In this document: positions 34,818-47,357 of the stretch, piece after piece
Layout: each line of letters starts with the position of its first letter
Position numbering within the stretch: position 1 is the stretch's first letter
Translations under genes and position numbers: made by a program
The notes under the pieces: model-generated
Told to the model about the DNA's origin: nothing
The model's database searches: none
The model's input: only the letters and a program-made list of their open reading frames with translations
NCBI GenBank assembly: GCA_965603825.1
Contig: CBFDEM010000053.1
Location: 620,001-684,000 of the forward strand
Source: Blepharisma stoltei ATCC 30299
Lineage: Eukaryota > Protista > Ciliophora
DNA: 64,000 nt
Direction of reading: 5' to 3'

Positions 34818-36173
34818 TTAAAATTGTAAAGGGATAATAATATCATCCCACTCTTTTACTGTGACGCCATCTTCAAGGAAATTTCCTTTTGTGATCATTT
34901 TTCCGTCTTCGTAGGTTTCGTTTCATTCTTGGACATAAATTTTGCCGTCTTTCTTTTGTTCTTTTCTGCAGTATTTTTTAGACGGTTCTTCTTTTCATTC
35001 TTCAAGCCACTCGTCATCTTTTCTGCCCCATTTTCTGCACTCTTTAAGGCCTGGGGTTTCTTTTCAGTATTCTTCCCAAGAGCCCCAGGCAGAGCTGTTT
35101 CCTTTTTTGCGGGCCCATTTCAAGCCGGATTCTTCGTGCCAAGTTTCTTCCCAAGAGGAATTTGAGTCTTGCCCAATGTTGTGGACATAAAATTTGCCTG
35201 GAGACTGCTTGACTATGCTGCTCCACGTTTCTTTGCCGCTGTGGCCTTGTTTTTGGGTCATCATTTCGCCTGTGCTTACATCTTCAGTGAACTCGTCTTT
35301 GTATTTATAATCATCGCCGTATCCTTCTGTAGTTATTGTTTTATGTCCAAAGCCGTCATCATATGTAATTTTTATTTTCTTTGAAGAGCCTATTTCTTCC
35401 CATTCTTCATGTGCTTCTGAAACCCCTTCAACTGTTGATTTTGTGCCCCATTTCTTGGGTCCATCAGACCACCACTTATTATTGAATTTTCTTTCATTTT
35501 CGATTGACCACTCTTCATTCCAGCTAAAATCCCCCTTCTTTCCTTCTGTCTTACCCCATTTTCTCTCGTTTTCCTCATTCCAAGCCGTAACTTCTCTAAA
35601 CTCAGCAGTTTCCTCCCATTTTTCGCCCCATACTCTATTATTTTCTTTGCCTTCTTTTTCTCCCCATTTTTTATCTCTAGTAATTCAGTACTTTTCCAAA
35701 AATTTGCTATTAGGCCTTGTATGCCAAATTTCTTTCCATTCAGAATCATCATTTTTTCCCCATTTGTGCCCATAATCATTATTATCCTCTACATGGAACA
35801 TTTCGTAGCTTTTTTCATTAGAAAGGAAATTCCATTTTTCTGTAGTCATTCCTGAATTTTCTGGCTGTATTATCTCTCCCCATTCGCGATCAGGGCTTTT
35901 CCAGATTTTTATGACTAATTTATTGATTCATAGCTCGACAAACCAGGTCTTGCTGTTATCATCAAGCCCAATTTTTTGGCCATAGCCAGTCCCTACCAAT
36001 TCTAGAATTTTGGTGTTGTCAATATAATAAAGCGACTCGCTTCTGGACGGAGATTGATAAGAATAAGGCTCAGATTTAGTTGAAAATATGCGGAAGATAG
36101 GTCTCTTTGAAAGCTCATCAAAGCTATACTCAGATTTTAATTGTAAAAGTCGAGCCAGTGAGTTTCCATCCAT
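34818..36173 (-). CDS. Trp-rich repeat protein (451 aa), ESV1/LESV-like
   Basis: One frame with five TGA=W (35928, 35685, 35064, 34995, 34923). About 32 Trp in repeated WxExWxE / KWG units. Confidence 0.8.
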
Positions 36174-36588
36174 ATTAAATAATGATGGATAGATATTTAT
36201 TAATGACGAAAGCAAATAAAAGAATATTGATTTTTAAGGGTTATTTAGGTACTCTAAAATTTTTGAAAATTACTTAATTGGTATATTCTTTATAGTTGAT
36301 TTTTTTGACTAATAAATAATAGGACTTACTGCAAAAAACACAGTAAAAACTAAACTCGCTTTAAAAAAATTTTAATTATCAAGCTCAATCTTAAATCCTT
36401 TTACTTTGGGTGGTCTAAATTTAATTAAGAACTAAGCATGATTAAAAAAAGAAAATTTGTGAATATTATATAAATTTTGAATAAAATTTGTATGATAGCT
36501 AGAGGGTGTTAAATTCATAAATAAAAGCATGCTCTTTTATTTTATAATAAAATCAAGAATTTAAGGATTTTCCTTATATACATTAAAT

Positions 36589-37548
36589 CTATATGTGCTT
36601 GACATAATTTTCGTCGATAAACCTACTCTGTGCTCTCCTTGCTAACTTATGCCAGTCTAGCCTTTCTCATCCATTTTCCAAAGCTTTGATAAATTTTTTC
36701 CTACCTTCTTGTGTGCTTTGATAAGGTTTAATTGCAGACAATATTTCCATAATATTTCTACAATCCATAATTTTTGCCTTCAGTCTTGCCAAAATTTCAA
36801 GTATAAGTTTATAAATAAAACTCCACCCATATTTAAAAAATTTATTCAAAATCCAGCCTGTCTGCTCAATAGGTATCAAGTTCATAAACAGCACAAAGCA
36901 TCAATCAGAAATAATCATATGCATGCTAACCCCATTCTCCGACAAATGCTCATATAAGCTTGGCATAGATTCCTTCAGTAAATGTTCAATAACTCTACAG
37001 TGCTTTTCCAGTCCCGGCAAATCTTGTGAAAAATTATCAACTAGCTTGTATTGCTCAATTAATGCAACAAAAAATCAAAAAGCTTGGACTTCGGAGGTAT
37101 GCCAAAGAAGAACCGCTACTATAAAATTCATCCCTTGAACGTAGCCAAGATTAGGGTTATATTTTGCAAATGCCAATAGGACTCTTCTTAAGACTGGTCT
37201 TCCTATTCCATGGCTAAAATAATCAACGTCTGGGAATGTCCTTTGTACATCCAAATCAATTTGTTGCCGTGAATGATTAAAATTCGGCCCCTCAAGCTGA
37301 ATTTGATTTATTACTTTATATAAAGCATCTCCATTTGCTGGCATGCTATGAAACTGCTTTCATTTTAGCGAATTTATACATTCTCCATGCTTAGTCTTTT
37401 CTTTCAAAAAATTCTCAAATGTCCGGAGAAATAAATTTCCATGATTACACAGACATTGTGGTGAGTGGTGAATATAAAGTGGGCTTATGGACGTTTTTTC
37501 TTCAAGGTCTTTAGAACGGGAATGTTCTCTTCTGAATTTTAGTTTCAT
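36589..37548 (-). CDS. TBC-domain Rab GTPase-activating protein
   Basis: IDLDVQRT, GYVQGMNF, QAF[W]; TGA=W at 37360, 37075, 36901, 36667. Confidence 0.92.
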
Positions 37549-37680
37549 TTTATATCAGATTAATAGAAATAGCCATAACTTTTCTTGAATTTGAGCATAC
37601 TGCCAGCTTAATTTATTGCTGGAAATGGCTAATGATTATTAAGGAAAAAATTTACAAATGCTGAATAACTGTTATTATCA

Positions 37681-38754
37681 TTATTCAACTTTTCTTGTGG
37701 ATAGCTCGATTCCTGAGGTTTCGTTATTTATGTAAGTTTCATTTGTTTCTATTATGCTTTGTGTGTTAATATCTTTTAAATGAGAAATTTTAACGATTGC
37801 GAATTCTGAGTGAGACATCTGATAATGCATGTACTCCATCGTTGCTTTTTGCCTTGGGGCAAAAAGCAAGGGAGATTTTTTTGGACAAATCGCGGTATTG
37901 AAATTTTGAAATTTTGATTTAGAAAAAGGGCTGATTCCGAAGCTTTTTCAGGCCTTTTTTATATGCTCGTAAGTAGTTTGATTAGTAATTACCAAAAATA
38001 AGTGATAAAATAGCAGCCCAGTTAGAAAATGAATAAACTGTTTAATTCTTACAACGATTGAGCTTAATATATAAAGAGTAGACACTACAATGCCCATTAA
38101 ATATTCAACGCTTTGCAGCTCATGAGGATTTACAAAATATTTCACGATAAATATAATGCAAATTACTAAGCCAAACCAGCTAGAAATAGTAGTAAAAAAT
38201 ATATAGCACACAAAATAATGATAATTTCTTTTGCCTATACAATTTCCAAGCCAAGGACAGTGATGGTCGAATTTCTCTACACATAAATTGCACTCTGGAC
38301 AGTGAGTCGCTCTTGGAGGCCTTGCAATAAAACATGATTTACAATTTTTTAGCAAAATCATCCGGCCGTTATTTATAATGCTAAATCCTTTGCTATCAAG
38401 AGCTGCAATTTTGCTAGGCTCAAGCTGCATCGAAAAGGATAAAGTAGGCGCATATTTCGGACCAAATGCAAAAGGTGGGATTTGTTTTGGGATGTAGCCA
38501 GGATTAGTTAGGGATGTTAAAATCAAAAAGACGGTACTAATAATGATTATTGAGCCAAAAATGATAGAAAAGAAATACTTTTCATCTAAATTCTTCAACG
38601 GAAAAATTATCACGATAATTCCAGATGTCACATGAATAAGTAGTGTTATGAGAGGACGATGCCAATCCGAGCTGCTTAACGTTTACCCTACCATTATTCT
38701 TCCATCGCAATAAAATTTATGTGTCCCAGGTCATAGAAAATAAGCTTTTCCCAT
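37681..38754 (-). CDS. DHHC palmitoyltransferase (Erf2/DHHC9-like)
   Basis: [48 protein letters not shown]. Introns 38672-86 and 38038-52; TGA at 38731 and 37948. Confidence 0.93.
38038..38052 (-). other. Probable stop-free 15-nt intron
   Basis: gtaagaattaaacag; removal deletes VRIKQ from a TM helix. Confidence 0.75.
38672..38686 (-). other. 15-nt intron
   Basis: gtaaacgttaagcag; contains an in-frame TAA. Confidence 0.88.
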
Positions 38755-39392
38755 AATTATTATAGGGATGCTAAGAAATATTTGTATTTTTGAGAAATCT
38801 ATACGTTCAATAAAATAATTGCGAGAGAAGTAACGAAGTTGAATATCTAATAATATAAAATTTCTCATCTACAACTCAATTTGCTGACTCAAAAAACTCT
38901 ACTATTTAATTAGTAGAATAATTAAATCTAATTTAATGAGAATAATTAGTATTATATAATAATTCCCTTTTCAAGTAATCAATTTTTATTTGTTGTTGGT
39001 AAGGATAATTATATTTTAAATTTAATAGAATTTGGCAAAAATAAATTCACTAAATTCCGTTTTAAATGCAGTTGACAAAAATCAGCAGAATTGACCTTAT
39101 TTTTATTCAAAATAATTATTAACCATATATAAAAAAGTAAAAGTTTAATGAGGTTTCACTGAATCTGAGGATATTAGGAATAAAAAAGCAGAATCTCTGA
39201 ATCTAATACACTCAAATGGTTATTTTACTTACTATATTTCAGATGAAAGAAGTCCATATGCAAACCCTTTCAAAATGCCCATGCATAGAATATTTAAAAA
39301 ATGATAAATTAATCTCTCATCAACAATTTATTATAATTTTAAACTTCAAAAAGCCTCAAAAGAGCTCATTAATTTGACTAATATATTTGCTT

Positions 39393-40277
39393 TTAATTTT
39401 TGCATATCAGCGTCACTTGTGTCCTTTGGTAAAACATAGAAACTGCAGGGAAAACATTTGTCGGAACATTTGTATATGCAACTCCATAGTCTTTTCCATT
39501 CCTTAAAAAACTTATCGACCCGTTATCTCCAATATATTCCAGCCTTACTCCCACTACATCTCCATTTCCAGCCGTTTCTCCATAATCTTCAATTCCTGAA
39601 TCCGGCCTAAACTTCTTTCCTCCACTACACCTAAACCCCCAAAACATTCCCAGATCAGGTGGATGCCCTGATAAAGGTATATTTCCATCAGCAACACCAA
39701 TGAAAATGTCATCGTCGTCAACTAACAAGTCAACTTTTATTTCCCAATAATAAGAGCCACTAGTCAATGTTATATTTGCTAAAGCTGTTTCGAATTCGTC
39801 TTCTGTTTTCTTTAAAGCGGTTAAGCCATTGTTAGAAATTTCAATATTACTTGCTTTTTTGTTTTCATTTCAAAAAATGTTTTGCCTTAGCAATGCAACG
39901 AATTTGGCGTTTCTTTTGAGTTTTAAAGAGTAGGGGGTATCAGACCCTAAAATTTCACGTATTGAGCCCATAGGATGTATAAGTTTGATATAGGTTCCAG
40001 CCGAAATTGATAGCTGCTTTTTTAATTGCGTAAAAAGCAAGAAAAAATCATGTGAAATATTCCAATCAAACGTTAATATTTTTCTGTCTTTAGAGAAGAG
40101 CTTAACTTGTATTGGGATGCTATAACTTATAGAACTAGATTCAATATATCCTGTCCCACCCCACGTAAACTTTACAATTGCCTTGCTGTAGTTTTTTTCT
40201 AGCAGGTCGCCATAGCCTCAAGGTGTATATACTTTGGATTCTCCTGGAGGATGATCTCTGTCATGTTTCCTCATCAT
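39393..40277 (-). CDS. SPRY/B30.2-domain protein with N-terminal extension
   Basis: ATG 40277; TGA=W at 40218-20 (TPWGYG) and 39869-71. YYWEIKV, IFIGVA, GDVVGV, FPAVSM. Confidence 0.85.
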
Positions 40278-40319
40278 AATTTTATTAGGTATCTATGCAT
40301 AATAGTCTGAGATTTATAA

Positions 40320-43300
40320 ATGAGAGAAAAACTTAGACCTCCATCTATAGAGCTTTCAGATATGAGGGACTCTCAAGGCGCCGAACTTCACTATGCAAAC
40401 ATTGAGCACGTCCCTCTTCTACAAAGGGTGGGTCAACCAAAAAAACAAAGTATTTACTCTAGTTAGGTAACTTCTGCTGTCGTAAGTCTCCTCCAGAAAA
40501 TCGCCGAATCCAGCTTTCAGGACAAACAACAAGATCTTTCCCTTCCAACGCTGTAAAGAACACAAAATACAATATCTTCACATTTCTGCCTTTATTTTTA
40601 TTTTATCAGTTCAAGCAGCCTCTAAGTCTTTTCTTTTTAGTCATTTCTTTAAGCCAATTTTATCCTCCTCTCCAAGTAGGATTTTTGATTACTTATATTG
40701 CTCCCTTAGGACTTGTGCTAGCTATCACATTGGGTAAAGAAAGCTATGACGACATTATTAGATGAAAACGAGATAGAGACGTCAACAAACAAAAATACAC
40801 ACGAATTACAAGCTCAAGTGAAGTTCTCATTGCTAGTGAAAATATCAAGGTTGGCCATGTCATAAAAATCCACGCCCACGAGAGGATCCCAGCTGATATG
40901 ATTTTGCTTCACACCCAGGACAAGAATGGTACAGTTTTTATAAAAACAGACCAGCTTGATGGAGAAACTGACTGAAAGCTGAGGAAAGCAGTCAACGCGA
41001 CCCAAAGCGTAAGAAATGAAGCTGACGTATTAGCAGTAAAAGGGACACTTACAGTCGAGCCGCCAAGAAAAGAAATTTATGAATTTCAAGGGAAGCTAGA
41101 ACTGCCTGATGGCGAAATTGGCTTAATGCTAGACAATACCTTATGGGCGACTACCACATTGGCAGCTGGCAGCTGTATTGGGATTGTGATTTATACAGGC
41201 AAAGAAACCAGAAGTGTAATGAACAGCAGAGAGCCTTCAAATAAGCTCGGCAGGACTGACGAAGAGCTTAACAAGCTTGCTGTATATTTGCTTTTCCTAA
41301 TGACCTTTTTAGCTGTTTTTATGCTGTGCTTGTCAGGTTTTAACTCCTATTCCCACATCATCGGTTTCCGCTATATTTTGCTATTATCTACCATTATCCC
41401 TATTTCTTTAAAAGTTAACCTGGATTTTGCCAAAATTTATTATTGTCTTGGGATATCTCGAGACCCATTAGTCGGCAACGCAAAACCAAGAAATTCGACT
41501 ATCCCTGAAGAGCTTGGCAGGATCCATTTCTTATTGACTGACAAAACCGGGACTTTAACCTGTAACGAAATGACTCTAAAAAAGTTAGCATTAGAGCACG
41601 CTGCTTTTGAGCTGGACGATAAAGAAAGTAAAGCTTCTCTTCTGAATGAACTGAATTTCAGCTTTGAAAATATTAAAAGAAAAGCCCCAGAAAGCAAAAA
41701 GGCAAGAAGAAGGGAGCTGCATTTAGTGATAAGAGATATGATAACTGCTCTTTCGCTATGTCACAATGTAACTCCAGTAGAAGAAGAAGGCAAACAGATA
41801 TACCAAGCCAGCTCTCCTGATGAAGTCGCACTTGTTGAATTTACAAAAACAATAGGTGTAGAGCTAGTGCAGCGAACTCAAGAGAAAATTGTGCTAAATA
41901 CACCTCGAGGAATAGAGGAGTACCAAATTCTTGACATTTTCCCGTTTACGTCTGATACCAAAAGAATGGGAATAATCCTCAGAAGTGAAGCGAACGGCCA
42001 AATCACTTTTTACTTAAAAGGCGCTGAAGAAGCTTTATTACCAAAAATCAGCTCACAGTCATCTCAAGAAAAAATGAAAGAAGACTGCGAAATTTTGGCT
42101 CAGGAAGGACTGAGAACTTTGGTAATAACCCAAAGAGCAGTTCCAGAAAAAGAATATGAAGTTTTTAGAAGAGAAATTGAAAAAGCAAGGGCGTCTATGA
42201 TAAGCAGAGAAAAAATGATGAGAAAAGTGGTAGAGTCTATAGAAATTGGGATGGAGTATTTAGGGGTAACTGGTGTCGAAGATAAGCTGCAGAATAGAGT
42301 TGACAGGTGTATAGCAAAATTAACGAACGCAGGAATTAGGATCTGGATGTTGACTGGGGATAAGGTCGAGACTGCTAAATGCATTGCAATTTCTACAGGG
42401 CTGAAAAATAAAAACCAAAAATTCAAAGAATTAGCGAATATGAGAGACCTGATTTTGATAGAAAATGAGCTTAATGATTTAAAACTGACAGGGAATAACT
42501 CAATTGTACTGATTATTGATGGTGTTACGCTGTCATTAGTTATGGAGATGAACCCTGAGCTGTTTATTTTGGCTGCTACAAGGGTTGGAGGGGTTATTTG
42601 CTGCAGGGTAAGTCCTACCCAAAAAACTCAAATTGTTGAAAATATACAAAAATATACAGAAAACAGAGTCTGCTCTATTGGAGATGGAGGAAATGATGTA
42701 GGGATGATCCAAGCTGCTCATGTAGGCATAGGTATTGAAGGAAAAGAAGGAAAACAAGCATCACTTGCAGCTGATTTTTCTATCAATGAATTTAAGTACC
42801 TCGCGCCTCTGATTTTGTGGCATGGAAGACTCAGCTATATGAGGACAGCCAGGCTGGCCAATTTTATTTTTCATAGAGGCTTGATTATTGCAGTAATCCA
42901 AGCCTATTTCATTCTGGTGTTTTATTATATAGCAATTCCTATATATAATGGCTATTTAATGCTGGGATATGCGACCATTTTTACCTGTCTGCCTGTTTTT
43001 TCACTTGTACTTGATAAAGATGTGAATTATAAAACAATTAGAAAATTTCCTATTCTTTATCAAACTCTTCAGTTGGGGAGAGATCTTAATGAGACCAGAT
43101 TTCTACTGTGGATTTGGAAGAGTCTTTATCAAGGCTCAGTTATTATTTTGATGGCTCTTTCGTTGTTCCCTGAAGATAATTTTGTCAATCTAGTCGCAAT
43201 TACATTTTCTGCCTTAATTTTAACAGAGCTTTTAAACGTAGCAACAGAAATTGATACTTGGAATAAATGAATTGTGGTATCAGAGCTCAGCACACTTGTC

Positions 43301-43483
43301 GTGTATTTAATATGTATTTGCCTATTAAAAAATTATTTCAATCTTGAGCTTATTATAAGAGCTGACTTCTTTTGGAAAATTTTGGCAATTACAGCTGTGT
43401 CCTGGGTCCCATTGCATATTATTAAGATTGTATTTGAAAAAATCAACCCACCTACAAGTAAAAAAGTTAAACAAAGTAAGTAA
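40320..43483 (+). CDS. P4-ATPase phospholipid flippase (ATP9/Neo1 class)
   Basis: DQLDGETD[TGA=W]KLR, IIPISL, DKTGTLT, WMLTGDK, IGDGGNDV. The 5' end needs the 17-nt intron 40450-66. Confidence 0.93.
40450..40466 (+). other. Inferred 17-nt intron
   Basis: gtatttactctagttag; joins the ATG 40320 frame to the P4-ATPase frame; A at -6. Confidence 0.65.
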
Positions 43484-43507
43484 GGAAATTAATAAAAATA
43501 GAGTTAA

Positions 43508-44008
43508 TTAAAATGCAAAGAGACTTGATACACAGTGATTTGGGCCGCCAATAGAGTTTATTGTGCAGCTCTTATAGAGCCTTTGAATCATGAATAATTC
43601 ATATTCAAGCATGCTTGGGACGAGGGTTTCCTCACATTCTAGCTTGATTGAGCTTTCTAAAATGCCATCTTTTTTTAACTTTTTCTTATAGTCCCAAGCC
43701 CACTTATAAATTTGACACTCACTAAGTTGAGTAATTTTTGCAAGTTCTACAACTTTTTCTTTGGACCAAATAGGGTTAATCTTGTATTCTTCTTTAAGAA
43801 TTTTGACTTGGTGTTCTGACTTTCTGTTTCTTTTTCTCTTCAATTTGAGGAATTTGTGAGAAGGAGACTCAATTGTTGAAGCAGAATTAGAATGATCGCT
43901 TGCATCACTGAGGTACTCATATTTGCAATCAACAAATTTTTCTTTTGTTGATTTGTCTCTTGGTAGTGGGATGGCAATTTCTCTTAAATTTTGGAAGCGG
44001 GTCTTCAT
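43508..44008 (-). CDS. Homeodomain protein
   Basis: RNRKSEHQVKILKEEY..NPIW...ELAKITQLSECQIYKWAWDYKKK. Confidence 0.85.
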   Translation of the reverse strand: MKTRFQNLREIAIPLPRDKSTKEKFVDCKYEYLSDASDHSNSASTIESPSHKFLKLKRKRNRKSEHQVKILKEEYKINPIWSKEKVVELAKITQLSECQIYKWAWDYKKKLKKDGILESSIKLECEETLVPSMLEYELFMIQRLYKSCTINSIGGPNHCVSSLFAF

Positions 44009-44881
44009 TTGATACGTAAAGTGCGAAAAATTATTAGTAACCTGCGACCACCAAATTGAAATGAAATGCTATGAAAATGGAGGGAAAACTTTTATTGTTT
44101 TAGAATATCTTTATTTAATCCTATAAAGCAGAGCATCGTGGTAATAGAATAAACTTGGTTTTGATAGAGCAAAAACACTGTGTTTCCATTTTTATCTTTA
44201 AAGATATTTTAGTCAAGATTTAGGTTGCGAAAAAAGAAAGTTCGGCAATTATTGAAACTGCTGAAGAGCAATAGTAGGATTTTATTGTCAAGATTAAAAA
44301 TTATATTAAAATCCTTATAGTCGACAATTTATATCCAAAATATCCTTTAAAAATTATTGAGGTTAATCTTTTTCTTTTTTCAGCAAATTAATGCCATATG
44401 ATACTGTGGAAAATAATTAGATTTACCAAAGTAGCTAAAATTGTTTAGATATAGAAGTTAAAGTGATTTTTAATTATTTTTTAATTATTAAAATGCAAAC
44501 TTTTTCATAATATGAACTCAACTGAAAGAGATAAAATATTAAAATGGTTTACTAGGTAAATTGCTGATATTTAAGTTTTTTCTATAAATGCTGACTCTCT
44601 CTGTGCCTGGGCAAAACTTTTTACTCGCTTAATATTAGGAGATTTTTATATAATTAAAGTAGCAGGTCTAGTAATTAAATAATAAGGATCGATTTATTAT
44701 AAAAAATTAATTATATCAGCAAATTTTGTTGATTAAAATCTTGAAAAAGCTTAATTTCTCCTTATTTACAATCAAAATACAAAATAAGACAATGAATTAT
44801 AATAAAATGGTTATGTCGCATGTTACAGTGTTCTCTAAAGAATGGCGGGTCATCTGCTGCTAAATAATTAAAAAAATACAA

Positions 44882-46297
44882 ATGCAAGCACAAACTAAAC
44901 TTACAATCCATCACAAGCGTCACACATCACTTGCGTCACAATCCTTTTTAAAAGAGTACCAATTATCCCAATTACCGATCCTTTTTAACCCTAAAATTAT
45001 CGAAGAAAACTCCTCTTCAAACTCTACGACAAGTGGAGCCTCTTCACCCCATCTCCGACTCGAATGTGAAGAAACCTTAGAAGGTCTCAATTTTCCTATA
45101 CAAAATATATCTCTTTGTGAGAATATAAGTACTTCTTCATTCATAGATGACATTAATGGAATTCCATCATTTGACTGTGGAGATATAGAAGACTCGAATT
45201 TTCATCCTTATACATTATGAAAACCACAAAATATTGACTATATGCTCGATATGCTAGAAAAAGAACAAAAATATTTACCGAACCCTTATTGTTTTGAAGC
45301 TGCACAACCATATATAAACCCGAACATGAGAGCACTTTTGCTTGACTGGATGATGGAGGTTTCTCATGAATTTATGCTAAAACGAGAGACTTTTCATATG
45401 GCCTTATCGTTTGTTGATAGAGTGCTGTCGAAATGTCAAAAAATAAAAAAAGAAGAATTTCAGCTTGTAGGAGCTGTTTGTCTGGATATTGCTTCAAAAA
45501 TTGAAGAAATTTATCCGCCAAAATTAAGTGATTGGGCAAGTTCTTGCAATAATGGGTATTCTATTAAAGCTCTCAAAATAACTGAGAAGTTTATCCTGCA
45601 ACAATTAAGCTGGCTGACATTTCCAGCCACAAGTTACAATTGAATAAACTGGCTAATGACTCAATGGGATGATTTCATAGATTTTCATTTTTCTTGTGTT
45701 ACCTTCAACTCCTCCAAAGATTTTGACGACCTGCCCCCTCACCAGAAAAAAATCCAGAAAAAGCTATATGAAAAAAGATTTATCGTATTTAAGCACAAAA
45801 ACAGGCCAGCATATAAAAGGCTCAGAGATACTTTACAAGTTCTAGACACGGCTTCTTTAGACTCAGAAATCATGAAATTTCCTCCACGGGTCCAAGCTAG
45901 TAGCTTACTTTATCTAATGATAAGCAAGTTTTTCTATGAAACTAATTACAACCTACTTTATTATGACGGCCCAGGCTCAGATCTGCAATCTGAAGACTCT
46001 TTTGACGTGGAAGAATTTTCAAGCGACTCTCATATTGAAAGCGCTTCTATTGTCCAAGACCTTTATGCTGGATTTATTTCCTCTGCCTTAAATATACAGA
46101 ATATTGAAGAAATTTACCACTCAATGATTTTTTTCCACCCTTATATAGAAATTGAGACTTCTTATGATTTCCCAATTGCAGCAAAAATTCAAGGGAAAGA
46201 AAAAATCGAGAGCCATTATGAAGAATTCTTGAGTTTTCAGACTTATAATGCGGATGCGGTAAAAATTGTAACACAAAAGCTGAAAGCTGGACTATAG
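44882..46297 (+). CDS. Cyclin (cyclin E/A-like cyclin box)
   Basis: MRALLLDWMMEV..EF.LKRETF...FVDR, FQLVG..C..IASKIEEIYPP; TGA=W at 45218 and 45641. Confidence 0.92.
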
Positions 46298-46354
46298 GCA
46301 AAATTTTGTGGGATATTTAATAATTAATTGTGATAATTTTGATAAAAATTTAGC

Positions 46355-47323
46355 ATGGAAGAGGAAAATAAGGGTATCAGTCAAATCGGGCCAAAACCGT
46401 CAAGATGGGCACCTACAAGCGGCCCAAGGCCGCTTCCTTCTCAATATGAAAAACTAGACTATCAACTCCCTGCATCTTACTCAAACCCTTCTTTTGCAAT
46501 TGATAGTAATTTCTAAGTAGACTCTTTAATGAGCAATTTATTCGAAGATCTTTCCATGACCACAAATACAGGCCCTCCCAGCTATGATGTACCTTATATT
46601 TAGTCATTTTTGCTTCCAATCCCCAATGACTGTGTTGGCCTCATAATCGGTAAACAAGGCGACATGATAAAAACCTTGCGCGTCACATCTAACGCCAGCG
46701 TGATCCAAGTAGCCAAAGACTGTGCTCCAGGCTGCAGCTATAGGAACGTTTTTATTGAAGGCTCATTAGAAAGTTACTGTTTAGCTAAAAAAATGATATA
46801 TGAAATTATTGATGAAGTAATTTTTATCTAGAATAACAAAGCAAAAAGACTGCCGACGTTTAATTTATCACATACATTGTCCTCAGAACCTTATATAGAA
46901 GTAGTAATCCCTGATCCTTATATAAATTTAGTACTAGGAAATGATTTGTCAATTTTGAAAAAAATTTTGGCTGAGTCTGGGGCACAAGTTTTAGTACCGA
47001 CTAAATGTGCCCCTGGGACTAATAATAGATATATCACGATAACTGGTCCCCCGGAGTGTATTAGGACTGCGAAAAGGATGATTTATGATATTTTAGAGCC
47101 TGTAATTGTAAATTAGGCATATAGAAAACATGCAATTGCGAATGGAATTTATACATTCCAGCATGAACAAGTTGACCCAGAATACCCTTATTGTAGCTAT
47201 TTTGCATTAATTCTTAAAGCACAGACAATTACTATGAGCGCTTGTGAAGCTACTTGTGACTCTGCAACAGCCGCACTTAAAGGTCTCCGTATGATGGCTC
47301 ACGATACATATGGGCAATATTAA
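46355..47323 (+). CDS. KH-domain RNA-binding protein, four 15-nt introns
   Basis: IPNDCVGLIIGKQGDMIK KH motif plus a degenerate second KH. Four stop-containing 15-nt introns restore one frame. 3' end less certain. Confidence 0.82.
46506..46520 (+). other. 15-nt intron
   Basis: gtaatttctaagtag; in-frame TAA. Confidence 0.85.
46589..46603 (+). other. 15-nt intron
   Basis: gtaccttatatttag; in-frame TAG. Confidence 0.85.
46817..46831 (+). other. 15-nt intron
   Basis: gtaatttttatctag; in-frame TAG. Confidence 0.88.
47102..47116 (+). other. 15-nt intron
   Basis: gtaattgtaaattag; in-frame TAG. Confidence 0.8.
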
Positions 47324-47357
47324 TTTTATGCTAAAATGGATTTAGTTAGATAATTAT

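Noticed and set aside
36589-36603. Possible 15-nt intron gtcaagcacatatag spanning the TBC stop codon
   Set aside because: It fits the A-at-10 pattern, but splicing only changes VKHI-stop to I-stop, so it cannot be supported from sequence.
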